A stretch of DNA of 46,985 nt from Candidatus Latescibacterota bacterium (lineage in GTDB: Bacteria > Latescibacterota > UBA2968 > UBA8231), in contig CBDBIJ010000046.1 of NCBI GenBank assembly GCA_965205655.1, positions 1 to 46,985 of the forward strand, given 5' to 3'. Numbering within the stretch: position 1 is the stretch's first letter; each line of letters opens with the position of its first letter. Positions 31,744-43,730 of this stretch are shown here, one piece after another. The position numbers and the translations under genes were made by a program. The notes under the pieces are model-generated. The model had not been told where the DNA came from. It ran no database searches and saw nothing but the letters and a program-made list of their open reading frames with translations.

Positions 31744-31775
31744 CGCCACTCCCCGATGTTCCAGCACGTGACCGA

Positions 31776-32171
31776 ATGCGCATACTCTGCTGTGGCACCT
31801 TCGATCACCTCCATCCCGGCCACGAATCCTTCCTGCGTCAGGCTTCCGGACTTGGGAGCGAGCTCTTCGTCGTCGTCGCACGCGACGAAAACGTCAGTCG
31901 GATAAAGGGAAGGCGGCCGGACCAGGGCGAGGAGGAGCGGAAGAAGACAGTGGGGCAAGTCGAGTGCGTCGACGACGTGCGTCTCGGACATCCCGGCTCG
32001 AACTTTCTGCGAGTCGTCGAGGAAGTCCGTCCCGACGTGATCACGCTCGGCTACGATCAGAGGGCGCCGGCCGGCCTGGCCGCCGCCTTCCCGAATTGTG
32101 AGATCGTCGTCCTCGAGCCGTTTCACCCCGAGAAATACAAGTCGTCACTGTCCCGAGACGACCCGGCTTGA
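31776..32171 (+). CDS. Cytidylyltransferase-superfamily nucleotidyltransferase (RibL FAD synthetase-like)
   Basis: GTFDHLHPGH, VVVARD, RPDVITLGYDQ, YKSS. Confidence 0.8.
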   Translation: MRILCCGTFDHLHPGHESFLRQASGLGSELFVVVARDENVSRIKGRRPDQGEEERKKTVGQVECVDDVRLGHPGSNFLRVVEEVRPDVITLGYDQRAPAGLAAAFPNCEIVVLEPFHPEKYKSSLSRDDPA

Positions 32172-32238
32172 TGACGGTGCACCGAGATGCAGCTGCGGCT
32201 GGCTACACGGTCGAGGAACGAGAAGGCGGTAGTGCCCC

Positions 32239-33462
32239 TCAGTCCAGGTAGCCCAGCTCGCGGAGGCGCCCATCGAGCCGGTCTTCGCCAGGTGACGCTG
32301 ACTCCAGCGGATGCAGCGCGTAGCCGGATACCGACCTCATCTCGTCATAGGTGGAGAGGTAGTCGACCTCAGCTCCCGCTCCCGCTTCCACCGGCCTTTC
32401 CGTGAATGTGTCCTCCAGCCTGCCCGCTTCGAGATCCTCGTCATAGGTAAACTTCCGCCTGTGGTCGAATAGGGCCCATTGCCGATTGGCGCCTGAGTCG
32501 CCGGGCTGATTCACCCACCCCGGCATGGTGGGTCCCCGCGCTCTGACGGGATGGATCTGGGCCATCAGATATCTTCCCTCCTCCTCCACCTCTTCACGAA
32601 TATCCCGCGCGAATCCGCGGTACTGCACGGGAAGATCGAAGAGTCTTGCCAGGGTCGGAAAGAGATCGACGATGGAGACGATGGGCCTGGATATCTCGAT
32701 AGCGCCACGGTGGGGGATGTTGACGTAGAGGGGCACGCGCAGCACGGAGTTTCGCAAGCTCTGACCGTGATAGAGCTCCTCGCCGACTCGCCAGCTTTCG
32801 CCGTGATCGCCGACGATAACGATGCACCATTCCTCCGGGTCCAGTCCCTTCAACAGGGGGGCAAGTTTGTTTTCGAAAGTGTCTCCAACTGCCACCATGT
32901 AGCGCCTCCGCACCTCCTCCACGCACCCGTCTCTCAGGAGACGAGCAGTTTCACCCATGGCCTGGCGATCGGCCGCTCCGTAGGGCGTGTGGGTTCCCCA
33001 GTAGTGGAGGAAGATGGCGACTCCTCTCGAAGAGGCGCTGGAGCCACCGCGACGACTGCCGTCCAGCCAGCTGGTAATCTGCCTGCGCCCGCTAACGGCA
33101 TCAGATTCGAGGGGCTCGATATCGAGGCCGAGGTCGAGATCGGTGAAAATGGTGGCGGCCTCCGAAAAGCCGGCGACCTCGTAGTCCCGCGCCACGAATA
33201 GATCAAACAGGCGCGGAATTCCCGTTCGCAGCTGCTGATGGCGCTGACCCAGTATCCCGTGCTCGAAGGGGTAGAGTCCTGTGAAGAGACTGGCGTGAAC
33301 GGGGCGAGTCGCAGAGGAAACGGAGAAACATCGATCGCTGAAGAGAAACTCTCGGCTACACCGGTCGAATCCTGGCGTGCGGATGCGATCGTTTGTTCTG
33401 GAGACGTAATCGACTCTGAGGCTATCGATCGTAGCCAGCAGGAGATTCAAGATTCGAAGGTC
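32239..33462 (-). pseudogene. 3' part of a sulfatase/alkaline-phosphatase-superfamily gene split by IS30
   Basis: NLLLATIDSLR.D, TRPVHASLFTGLYP..HG, HTPY, GDHGE, HG..L...LRVPL, DLFPT, LRELGYL; in frame with 34712-35101 once the IS and one AC copy are removed. Confidence 0.88.
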
Positions 33463-33478
33463 ACCGCGAGTTCAACCA

Positions 33479-33512
33479 GTCAACGCAACACCTTCGTCAA
33501 CGCAACACCTTC
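33479..33512. repeat. 17-bp tandem duplication inside the IS right end
   Basis: GTCAACGCAACACCTTC x2. Confidence 0.95.
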
Positions 33513-34649
33513 ATTGAAGCGTTCTGCGGGTGAAACGAACCCCAACGTCTTCCGCGGGCACTGGTTCAGTTGAAGAGCGACTCTGTGCAGGTCGGCTTGG
33601 GAGAATGGCGACAGATCGGTCTTCCTCGGGAAGTACTGTCGAAGAAGGCGATTCGTGTTCTCATTTGTGCCTCGTTGCCAGGGACTCTGAGGATCACAGA
33701 AATACACCTCGACGTCAGTTGCGATCGAGAACTCCTTGTGCCGAGCTAGCTCCATTCCTCGATCCCAGGTAAGGGACAACCGCACCGCGGAGGGGAGTCG
33801 TTTCACCTGGCTGATCAGCGCTCTGACAACGGTCTCGGTGTCTTTGCCGTTGAGCTTCACGAGCATCGTGAACCGAGACTGCCGCTCCACCAACGTGGCG
33901 ATGTGCGTGTTGTTCGACCCCGAGATCAAGTCTCCCTCCCAGTGGCCGGGAACGGCGCGGTCCTCGATCTCGGCAGGCCGCTCGCTGATGGATACGGCGT
34001 CGACGATCCGGCCTCTCGGCTGATCGCGTGTGCTTGCCTTCTTGGATCGCCGCATCATCCTTCGCGTCCGCAGATGCGCAATGAGGTCCTTGTTGAGTGC
34101 CCCGCGTGCCTGGATGAAGAGAGTTCGATAGATCGTTTCGTGGGATATCTGCATATTTCCTAAAAGCGCATACTCCCGCTTCAGCCATCCCGATGTCTGC
34201 TCAGGTGACCACTTCAGGCGTAGCTTGTCCGCCACGACTCGCCGCAAACGAAGATTGGATGCGAGTCGGCAGCATTTCGGCCGGCTGGCGCGCGTCCAGG
34301 CTGCTTGGTCGGCGACGTTTGCTCGGTACCTTTGCCGCCCGCCATTGCGGGCAATCTCTCGGCTAACCGTCGAGGGTGCACGCTCAACAGCGGCCGCAAT
34401 TATTCGTATCGATTTTCCCGCAGCGATACCTCGAGGGATCTCTTCACGCTCTTCCCAGCCAAGAGCCCATCGAGAGCGTCGACGCGGCATTGGTACGATG
34501 CCCCCATTGGCGGTGATGACACCATGAATCGACGCCGGATGCTTCCCGAGCGCCCGACCAATATCGCTATGCGACTGGCCGCTCTTCCATCGACGCCATA
34601 CCTCCAACTTCTGTGACGCGGACAATCCTGGTCGTCCCATTTGAGCCAT
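33480..34649 (-). CDS. IS30-family DDE transposase
   Basis: APSTVSREIARN, WSPEQ, SHETIY, GHWEGDLI, TWDRGMEL, SPWQRGTNENTN, PRKTLG; RBS AGGAG favours ATG 34649. Confidence 0.97.
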   Translation of the reverse strand: MAQMGRPGLSASQKLEVWRRWKSGQSHSDIGRALGKHPASIHGVITANGGIVPMPRRRSRWALGWEEREEIPRGIAAGKSIRIIAAAVERAPSTVSREIARNGGRQRYRANVADQAAWTRASRPKCCRLASNLRLRRVVADKLRLKWSPEQTSGWLKREYALLGNMQISHETIYRTLFIQARGALNKDLIAHLRTRRMMRRSKKASTRDQPRGRIVDAVSISERPAEIEDRAVPGHWEGDLISGSNNTHIATLVERQSRFTMLVKLNGKDTETVVRALISQVKRLPSAVRLSLTWDRGMELARHKEFSIATDVEVYFCDPQSPWQRGTNENTNRLLRQYFPRKTDLSPFSQADLHRVALQLNQCPRKTLGFVSPAERFNEGVALTKVLR

Positions 34650-34711
34650 GTGCAACATCTCCTATGATTAGATTAGTGGGGAGAATGTTGCATTGACCGA
34701 TTGAATATACC

Positions 34712-35101
34712 ACGGTATTCACGATCAATGTCGTCGCTGCCATGGGAAACGAGCTTGACGAACTCGTCGCACTGCGGTAGCTCAGCAGTCAGAATGGCAT
34801 CGGGTCCCACCACACTCTTCGTCCAGTGATCGACACTCAGCTCTCGGAAATTTCCCGTTGCCGAACCAGTGTAGATGGCGAAAGGGGGATCCGGCTGCCC
34901 CTCAGACGACAGAGCGGTTGCTTTGACTTCGATCGTCGCAGCTCTCTCAATTCCTTCTGTGAGCTGGAATACGAGACTCGCTCCGGAGTCCAGCGCCACA
35001 GTAATCATCATCGGAACGTTCGTCGAGTGTGGTCTCGCCGTGAGTGGATCCGCGCTCGCCGGGATGAGCGCCCAGCTGCTGTAGTTGATCGTCGACATCA
35101 A
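34712..35101 (-). pseudogene. 5' part (130 codons) of the IS-disrupted sulfatase-like gene
   Basis: RBS GGAGG; ORF reads ...DIDREYR up to the IS end. Confidence 0.8.
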
Positions 35102-35146
35102 TAATCCTCCGTGGAGGCGACAGGGGTGGGTAAGTACGGATGTCCC

Positions 35147-36085
35147 TTAGCCCGCCTCTGGCAATGGCGAAGCTTCGGGGGGACGACGCCAGGTTCGTAT
35201 GGCCGCCTTGACCCGCCCTCCCGTGCTGGCAAGAAGGTCTCGAGCCTGCGCCTCGTCGATTCCGCAGACTTCCCTCACGACGGCATTCTTGAGATCCCAT
35301 CGCGAATCCTCGAGGCGCTGGCGGGCCGTCTCCTCGGTCAGATTCGCGAGTGAGGCGAGGATGCGGATGGAACGGTCCCGCAGCTTGGCGCTCTTCGGCT
35401 TCAGGTCCACCATGAGGTTTCCATACGTCTTGCCAAGCGACACCATGGCGGCGGTGGAGATCATGTTGAGCACCATTTTCGTCGCCGTGCCGGCCTTCAT
35501 CCGAGTCGAGCCGGCTATGACCTCGGGCCCCACGTCCGTGAGAATCTTGACGTCCGCCACCGCCGCATCAACCGCCGAAGCACTGGCGGCGATAAACAAG
35601 GTGGCGCATCCCAGTCCGCGGGCGTAGTCCAGGCCCCCCAGGACATAAGGGGTCACGCCGCTGGCGGCAATTCCGGCGACGATGTCCCCCGGAGTAAGGG
35701 CACGCTCCTCGAGATGCCGCCTCGCCCCGTCAGCGTCGTCTTCGGCTCCTTCGACAGCTCGAAACACGGCTTCCGGCCCCCCGGCGATGAGCCCCTGGAT
35801 TGATTCCGGATCGGTACCGTAGGTCGGCGGGCACTCGGTCGCGTCCAGAATTCCGAGACGACCACTGGTTCCGGCGCCTATGTAGAGCAGCCGATCTCCG
35901 CGTGCCAACGCCGCGGCGACCAGATCGACAGCCGTCGAGATATCGCGCAGCGCACGCCCGACGGCCGTGGCGATGCGGGCGTCTTCGCGATTGATCAGGG
36001 CCAGCATCTCGGTTGTGGTGAGCTCATCGATGCGCTCGCTGGCCGGATTACGACTCTCGGTTGCCAGTGAGGACCAGTCAGTCAT
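35147..36085 (-). CDS. murQ: N-acetylmuramic acid 6-phosphate etherase
   Basis: TESRNP, YIGAGTSGRLGILDATECPPTYG, GIAASG.TPYV, GPEVIAGSTRMKAGTATKMVLNM, NLMVD. Confidence 0.97.
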   Translation of the reverse strand: MTDWSSLATESRNPASERIDELTTTEMLALINREDARIATAVGRALRDISTAVDLVAAALARGDRLLYIGAGTSGRLGILDATECPPTYGTDPESIQGLIAGGPEAVFRAVEGAEDDADGARRHLEERALTPGDIVAGIAASGVTPYVLGGLDYARGLGCATLFIAASASAVDAAVADVKILTDVGPEVIAGSTRMKAGTATKMVLNMISTAAMVSLGKTYGNLMVDLKPKSAKLRDRSIRILASLANLTEETARQRLEDSRWDLKNAVVREVCGIDEAQARDLLASTGGRVKAAIRTWRRPPEASPLPEAG

Positions 36086-36094
36086 AGTCGCTCA

Positions 36095-36124
36095 ATTATA
36101 TCGATGGGCGCTCGCATCTGTAAA
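36095..36124 (-). promoter_or_regulatory. sigma-70 promoter of murQ, (near-)leaderless
   Basis: TTTACA-18 nt-TATAAT-9 nt-ATG on the minus strand; no SD. Confidence 0.55.
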
Positions 36125-36236
36125 GCGGTATTGGCGCAGCCCGTCCGGCGCAGGCCGCGTTGTCATTGTGCATGTCAACCGGTATATTGGATTATTTCTA
36201 CTGACTTTATGGACAGTATGCCAACCGGATGAAACC

Positions 36237-39020
<2,784 letters not shown>

Positions 39021-39034
39021 AAAGTGAGGACGCC

Positions 39035-39404
39035 ATGTTGGCAAGCCAGTCAATGAGCGAAAAGCTGCGGGGGGCGGTTGTGGTGGTGATCTGTTGCGCG
39101 GTGGCGTTGCAAGTCGCGCCGAGCGAGGCCAAGTTCGATCCCCCGCGCATCATCCACAAAATAAATCCTCTTCAGTCGGGCACAGTGCCGGACAGTCTGC
39201 TGAGAAAGATCCGGTTCTACATCAACAAGGGCCGGGAGACGAGCATCAACCGGGGCGACATTCTCAACGTGTATCGAGAGCGACGGGTCTCGAGGAAAGT
39301 AGCCCGTCCGCTGCGCATCTTCATAGGCACGATGGTAATCAGGCAATCGCAGCAATGAAAACAAAGCACTCAATCGTCGCATCGAGGTCATTGTCTGGGA
39401 GTAG
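39035..39404 (+). pseudogene. Internally deleted secreted OmpA/MotB-type protein
   Basis: Signal peptide and beta-rich N-terminal part stop at TGA 39356; a different frame immediately gives NENKALNRRIEVIVWE* (OmpA C-terminal NRRVE motif). Confidence 0.65.
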
Positions 39405-39430
39405 GCAGCGACGAACGGTCGCTTAGCCAC

Positions 39431-39470
39431 AGGCGGGAGGACGGCGCTGTTACGCCCTCTCGCCTTTTCT
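39431..39470 (+). terminator. Probable terminator
   Basis: AGGCGGGAGG...CCTCTCGCCT followed by TTTCT. Confidence 0.5.
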
Positions 39471-39483
39471 GTGTCACGTGGGG

Positions 39484-41262
39484 ATGCGAGTGGCATTCGA
39501 TCACTTCACCATTCGAGGGTTAGCCGCGGAAATGGATGCGCAGCTCGGGGGCAGGCGCATTCGCGAAGCGCGCTCGGCAGGTGGCCGGCCCGGATCCAGG
39601 CGCAGGGTCTCGCGGGCTGCCCTCGGGTTCGGGTGCGAGAGCGACTTCCACCTGTTCGCAGAATTCGGGCACGACGGATTCGTCTGTCTGTCTCCCGGGG
39701 AGGTGCCGGGGAACCTGCATCGCGACGACGGGCCGGAGCGCTACCTCAGGGGCGCCCTCGTAGACGCTGTGACAACAGATGAAAGAGATAGGGTGATCCG
39801 CATCCGCCTTGGGCGCGAGGATGAAGACGGCCGGCTGACGTTCGGCGTGCTCCTCTTCGAGCTCGTGCAGCCGTACTTTCAGGCCGTTCTGATCTCCGAG
39901 CGGTCGCAGCGTGCCCTCGGTGTGTGGAGAGGTTCGTCCAAAAAAGCCGGGGCTAGGCGGGTTGAGGAAGGACAACCGTACGTCCCAATTTCAGGTGAAG
40001 AGCGTCTCCTGCCGGGGCACGATCACGCCTCGGTTTTTGTGAGCCGTGCCGAAAGGGAGCCCCGGGCCCCACTCAATCGGTTTCTGTGTCGACACCTGGC
40101 CGGCGCGGATGCCATCGTGTCAGCGGAAATTCTGCACCGATCCTCGATCTCAGCGGAGTTTGAAGTAGACGACGTCGATGGAGCAGGCCTGGAGCAGTTG
40201 TGGGAAACGGCGTCAAAACTGTATTCCACAGCCGGCGGCTGTACCGGCGGAGGTGCCTTTTGCTGGAGCGAGGGCGGCAATGCCCGATTCTCAGCCTTGA
40301 GACCAAGCTATCCGGTGGATGGAGGGATTGCGGAGTGCTCCACTGTGAGTGAGGCCGTCATGCAAGTGCGAGACAGCGCCAGGAGGGACGAGGGAGCACA
40401 GCGGCAGTTGCAGCGAAGATTAGAATCTTTGCGACGGTCGCTGAAAGCAGTCGAGGAAGACCTGGCCGCTGCGGCGCGGGCCGAGGAGTTCGAAAGGAAA
40501 GGAAGCATCCTCCTCGCCCACCTCAAGGCAGTTCCGCGTTCGACGGATCGGGTCGAGCTGCCGGACACTTTCGCCCAACCGCTGGCGGATAATTCATCCC
40601 TCGCATCAACGTCAGGGGAGATGGTGGTCATCGAGCTGGATTCCCGTCGCAGCCCAGCGGACAACGCCGCCCGATACTTGAAGCTAGCTGGCAAATTTCG
40701 GCGACGACTTGATATCCTGCCGCAGCGACTCACATCACTCCGCGCGGAGGAGTATCGCTTGCAGGAGTTGCTGGCGAGAATGGCTGCGGGAATCGCCCCG
40801 GCCGAAATTGAGGAGCTACTGGAGTCGATTCCCAAAGAGACCCCGGGGCCGCGGGCGGAAAGACGGCCCGAGAAACCGCTGGCGCGGCCTCGCCGCTACC
40901 GCACGACGAGTGGGTGGATCGTGTGGGCTGGCAGAAACAACGAGGAAAACGATGCGCTCACTCATCGCATGGCGGCGGCGGAAGACATTTGGTTCCACGC
41001 CAGCGGCTATGCCGGATCTCACGTCGTTTTGAGACGCGAGGGACGCCGAGACGAGCCGAGTCAGAATACCCTGCACGAGGCAGCCGCAGTGGCGGCGTAC
41101 TGGAGCCGTGGACGGACTGCCAAGAAAGTGCCAGTCGTCTATACGAAGGTGAAGTACGTGTCTAAACCGAGGGGAGCGGCACCGGGACTGGCTGTGCCGC
41201 AGCGGGTCACTTCCCTCATCGTCGAGCCGAAGCTGTTGCCGGAGCAGGACAAGAGAGCGTAG
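39484..41262 (+). CDS. NFACT/RqcH (FbpA) family protein
   Basis: DRVIRI in NFACT-N, SPADNAARY, GRNNEEND.L, DIWFHA...GSHVV, AAYWS, V.YT..KYVSKP.GA.PG (NFACT-R). Confidence 0.9.
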   Translation: MRVAFDHFTIRGLAAEMDAQLGGRRIREARSAGGRPGSRRRVSRAALGFGCESDFHLFAEFGHDGFVCLSPGEVPGNLHRDDGPERYLRGALVDAVTTDERDRVIRIRLGREDEDGRLTFGVLLFELVQPYFQAVLISERSQRALGVWRGSSKKAGARRVEEGQPYVPISGEERLLPGHDHASVFVSRAEREPRAPLNRFLCRHLAGADAIVSAEILHRSSISAEFEVDDVDGAGLEQLWETASKLYSTAGGCTGGGAFCWSEGGNARFSALRPSYPVDGGIAECSTVSEAVMQVRDSARRDEGAQRQLQRRLESLRRSLKAVEEDLAAAARAEEFERKGSILLAHLKAVPRSTDRVELPDTFAQPLADNSSLASTSGEMVVIELDSRRSPADNAARYLKLAGKFRRRLDILPQRLTSLRAEEYRLQELLARMAAGIAPAEIEELLESIPKETPGPRAERRPEKPLARPRRYRTTSGWIVWAGRNNEENDALTHRMAAAEDIWFHASGYAGSHVVLRREGRRDEPSQNTLHEAAAVAAYWSRGRTAKKVPVVYTKVKYVSKPRGAAPGLAVPQRVTSLIVEPKLLPEQDKRA

Positions 41263-41265
41263 GCC

Positions 41266-42357
41266 GTGCCGCTGACCGTCGGAATCGTGGGTCTGCCCAA
41301 CGCCGGCAAAACGACCTTGTTTAACGCTTTGACCCTGTCGTCTGCGGATGCCTCCAACTACCCCTTCTGCACGATCGAGCCGAATGTAAGTGTTGTGGAG
41401 GTACCCGACTCTCGGCTCGATCGGCTCAACGAGCTGCTCGAGCCATCGAGTTGCACAGCGGCCACAGTCCTGTTCACCGACATAGCCGGACTCGTGCGCG
41501 GAGCCAGTCGCGGCGAGGGACGGGGAAACGAATTCTTGCGGGACGTGCGGGAGACCGATGCACTCCTGCACGTGGTACGCTGCTTCTCGAGTTCGAGTGT
41601 CAGCCATGTCGAGAAGGAGGTGGATCCGCTGCGAGACGTCGCCGTCGTCGATAGCGAGCTGATGCTTTCAGATCTCCAGGTCGTCGAACCAACCATCCCG
41701 ACCCTCGACAAGGTCGTCGCCGCCGATCGGCAGTCGCCGCAGCGACTCGAGCTCGAGATGCTCAAGAAAATCCAGGCCGCTCTCGAAGAGGGAATACCCG
41801 CTCACGCCCTCGAACTGGCCCCTGAGCAAGAGCTGGCCGTTCGCGGGTACGGTCTTCTCTCAGCCAAGCCCATGCTTTACGTAGCAAATGTGGGTGAGGA
41901 AGGGGACGCGGTGAGCTGTACGGTGTTGAAAGCGCTGCGAGAGAGGGTGGGAGCGGATTCGATGCTGTCGGTATCAGCTCAGCTCGAAGCAGAGGTCGCC
42001 CAGCTTCCCGCCGACGAGCGCGACGCTTTTTCCGAAGAGCTCGGTCTGCGGGAGAGAGGTGTAGAACGACTCATCCGGGCTTCCTATCGACTCCTCGGCC
42101 TGGTGACGTTCTATACCCACGCTCACGACAAGCTGCGGGCGTGGCAACTGCCGAGCGGCGCGGCGGCGGCGAAGGCAGCGGGCGGGATTCACAGCGACAT
42201 GGAGCGCGGTTTCATCAAAGCCGAAGTAACGACGGCGTCCGAGCTCGAGAAATCCGGACATATCTCGACGCTCCGCTCCACGGGACAGTTGCGCACGGAA
42301 GGGCGCGACTACATCATCGAGGACGGAGATGTGGTTCAGTTTCTCTTTCGAGCCTGA
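41266..42357 (+). CDS. ychF: Redox-regulated ATPase YchF
   Basis: GIVGLPNAGKTTLFNALT, NYPFCTIEPN, DIAGLV, NVGE, IHSDMERGFIKAEV, EGRDYIIEDGD. Confidence 0.96.
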   Translation: MPLTVGIVGLPNAGKTTLFNALTLSSADASNYPFCTIEPNVSVVEVPDSRLDRLNELLEPSSCTAATVLFTDIAGLVRGASRGEGRGNEFLRDVRETDALLHVVRCFSSSSVSHVEKEVDPLRDVAVVDSELMLSDLQVVEPTIPTLDKVVAADRQSPQRLELEMLKKIQAALEEGIPAHALELAPEQELAVRGYGLLSAKPMLYVANVGEEGDAVSCTVLKALRERVGADSMLSVSAQLEAEVAQLPADERDAFSEELGLRERGVERLIRASYRLLGLVTFYTHAHDKLRAWQLPSGAAAAKAAGGIHSDMERGFIKAEVTTASELEKSGHISTLRSTGQLRTEGRDYIIEDGDVVQFLFRA

Positions 42358-42369
42358 TCGCCCCTGACG

Positions 42370-43494
42370 TCAGAAGAAGCTGTGAAGGCTCAACACGAGA
42401 CCGTCCCTGTTTCCCTGCACGTCTTGAGGGACGCTCTCCTTGAGGCGGTAGTAGACCCCGGCGGTCAGCGACGGCGTCAGGAAGGCCTCCGCGCCCACAG
42501 TCAGGCGGTACCTCTCGTCCTCCTCGACCGCGTCGAAGGGGTCCAGAAAGTCATATGCCACGCGAACGTTGACCGCGTCCCGGTGCCAGTACTCGATACT
42601 GGCGAAGGCCGTTAACTGCTCTTCATCGACCGCTCCGGACTCTGAGATCCAGTCGACCTCCCCCATGAGGGTTGCCGGGCCGAGGCGAACACTACCAAAG
42701 GGACCGAACAAGACGCGTTCGACACCTCGCGACTCGTTGCGAGAAACCGAGCCTCCCAAGACGATATTGCTCAGGAACACGGACCCCACGGCGGAAACCT
42801 GCTTGCCTGTGTTGTCATCGCGCGCGCCTTGGGTGCCATTGCTGACGGCGACGCTCAATGACGCGTTGCCGGGTTCCACGCCGATCTCCACACCCATATC
42901 CTGGTTGTCGTAGTTGAACCCGGAGGCCTGCCGGATGAAGCTCTCGTCATCCCATAGCCGGATGCCGTACGGCAGCAGCATGCGACCCGCCTTCAGGTAA
43001 CCGCTTGCGGGCAGGCTCTCGAAGAGCAGAAAAGCCTCGCGACTGCTGGCACCCGAAGGCGCGACGTTCTCGTCTATGTAGAATGACAGTCGTTCCGGAA
43101 TGAGGTCAAAGTCGAGATAGAGATTCCCGCTGGCGATATTGAACGTGTTCTGCGATTTCAGGTCGCCTTCGGAGAATAGCGTCTCGTTTGTAGCCATGAA
43201 GTCGGCACCGACGGAGATGGCGCTACTCAGTTCGGAGGAGAAGTCCATGCTGCCCTCGGAAAACGTCTCCAGCAGCGGAGTCAGCTCGGTTTGGGGATAC
43301 AGGGTTCCGTACCCATTACGCATGCCGCCGCCCGTATGGTTGACGTGACAGGCGCTGCATTTCAAGCCCTCTCGGTAGGCGATGTACGGCTCGCTCCAGC
43401 CGTTTGTGGCCAGGACTGTGAGGAGAAGCGAGGTAGCCGTCAGGGGGAACAGCCATCGATTGAGACGATCCCGTGACATTCGATTTGATATCAT
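42370..43494 (-). CDS. Outer-membrane beta-barrel protein with N-terminal CxxCH heme-binding motif
   Basis: Signal peptide; EPYIAYREGLKCSACHVNHTGGGMRN; alternating amphipathic strands (YLKAGR..LPYG); C-terminal Phe. Confidence 0.75.
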   Translation of the reverse strand: MISNRMSRDRLNRWLFPLTATSLLLTVLATNGWSEPYIAYREGLKCSACHVNHTGGGMRNGYGTLYPQTELTPLLETFSEGSMDFSSELSSAISVGADFMATNETLFSEGDLKSQNTFNIASGNLYLDFDLIPERLSFYIDENVAPSGASSREAFLLFESLPASGYLKAGRMLLPYGIRLWDDESFIRQASGFNYDNQDMGVEIGVEPGNASLSVAVSNGTQGARDDNTGKQVSAVGSVFLSNIVLGGSVSRNESRGVERVLFGPFGSVRLGPATLMGEVDWISESGAVDEEQLTAFASIEYWHRDAVNVRVAYDFLDPFDAVEEDERYRLTVGAEAFLTPSLTAGVYYRLKESVPQDVQGNRDGLVLSLHSFF

Positions 43495-43730
43495 GTCTCT
43501 GGTGGCCTTGGTCGAAGAGGGTGAGTGGTCGGTGGCTGCTGAGTTAGTTCAGAATCATCCAGAAAGTCAAGCGGTGGACCCATGGCAAGTCAAGCTTTCT
43601 GAAGAGGTTACGCTAAACCACGGGCTGGCCGCCGCAGGCTCGATTGCGGGGTGACCGACGGCGACGGAATTCTTGACCTCTGGGGATACGGCGACTACCA
43701 TCGAAGTTTGGCAGGCGAGGTGCTTCAAAC

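Larger units (their letters stand above)
33465..34711 (-). mobile_element. IS30-family insertion sequence (1247 bp) with 26-bp imperfect IRs and 2-bp TSD (AC)
   Basis: IRs CGCGAGTTCAACCAGTCAACGCAACA (33465-33490) and GGTATATTCAATCGGTCAATGCAACA (reverse complement of 34686-34711); AC at 33463-33464 and 34712-34713. Confidence 0.95.

Noticed and set aside
35967..36236. N-terminal extension of ValRS or a T-box leader
   Set aside because: The extension overlaps murQ on the opposite strand; homology begins near GTG 36237; no T-box motif seen.
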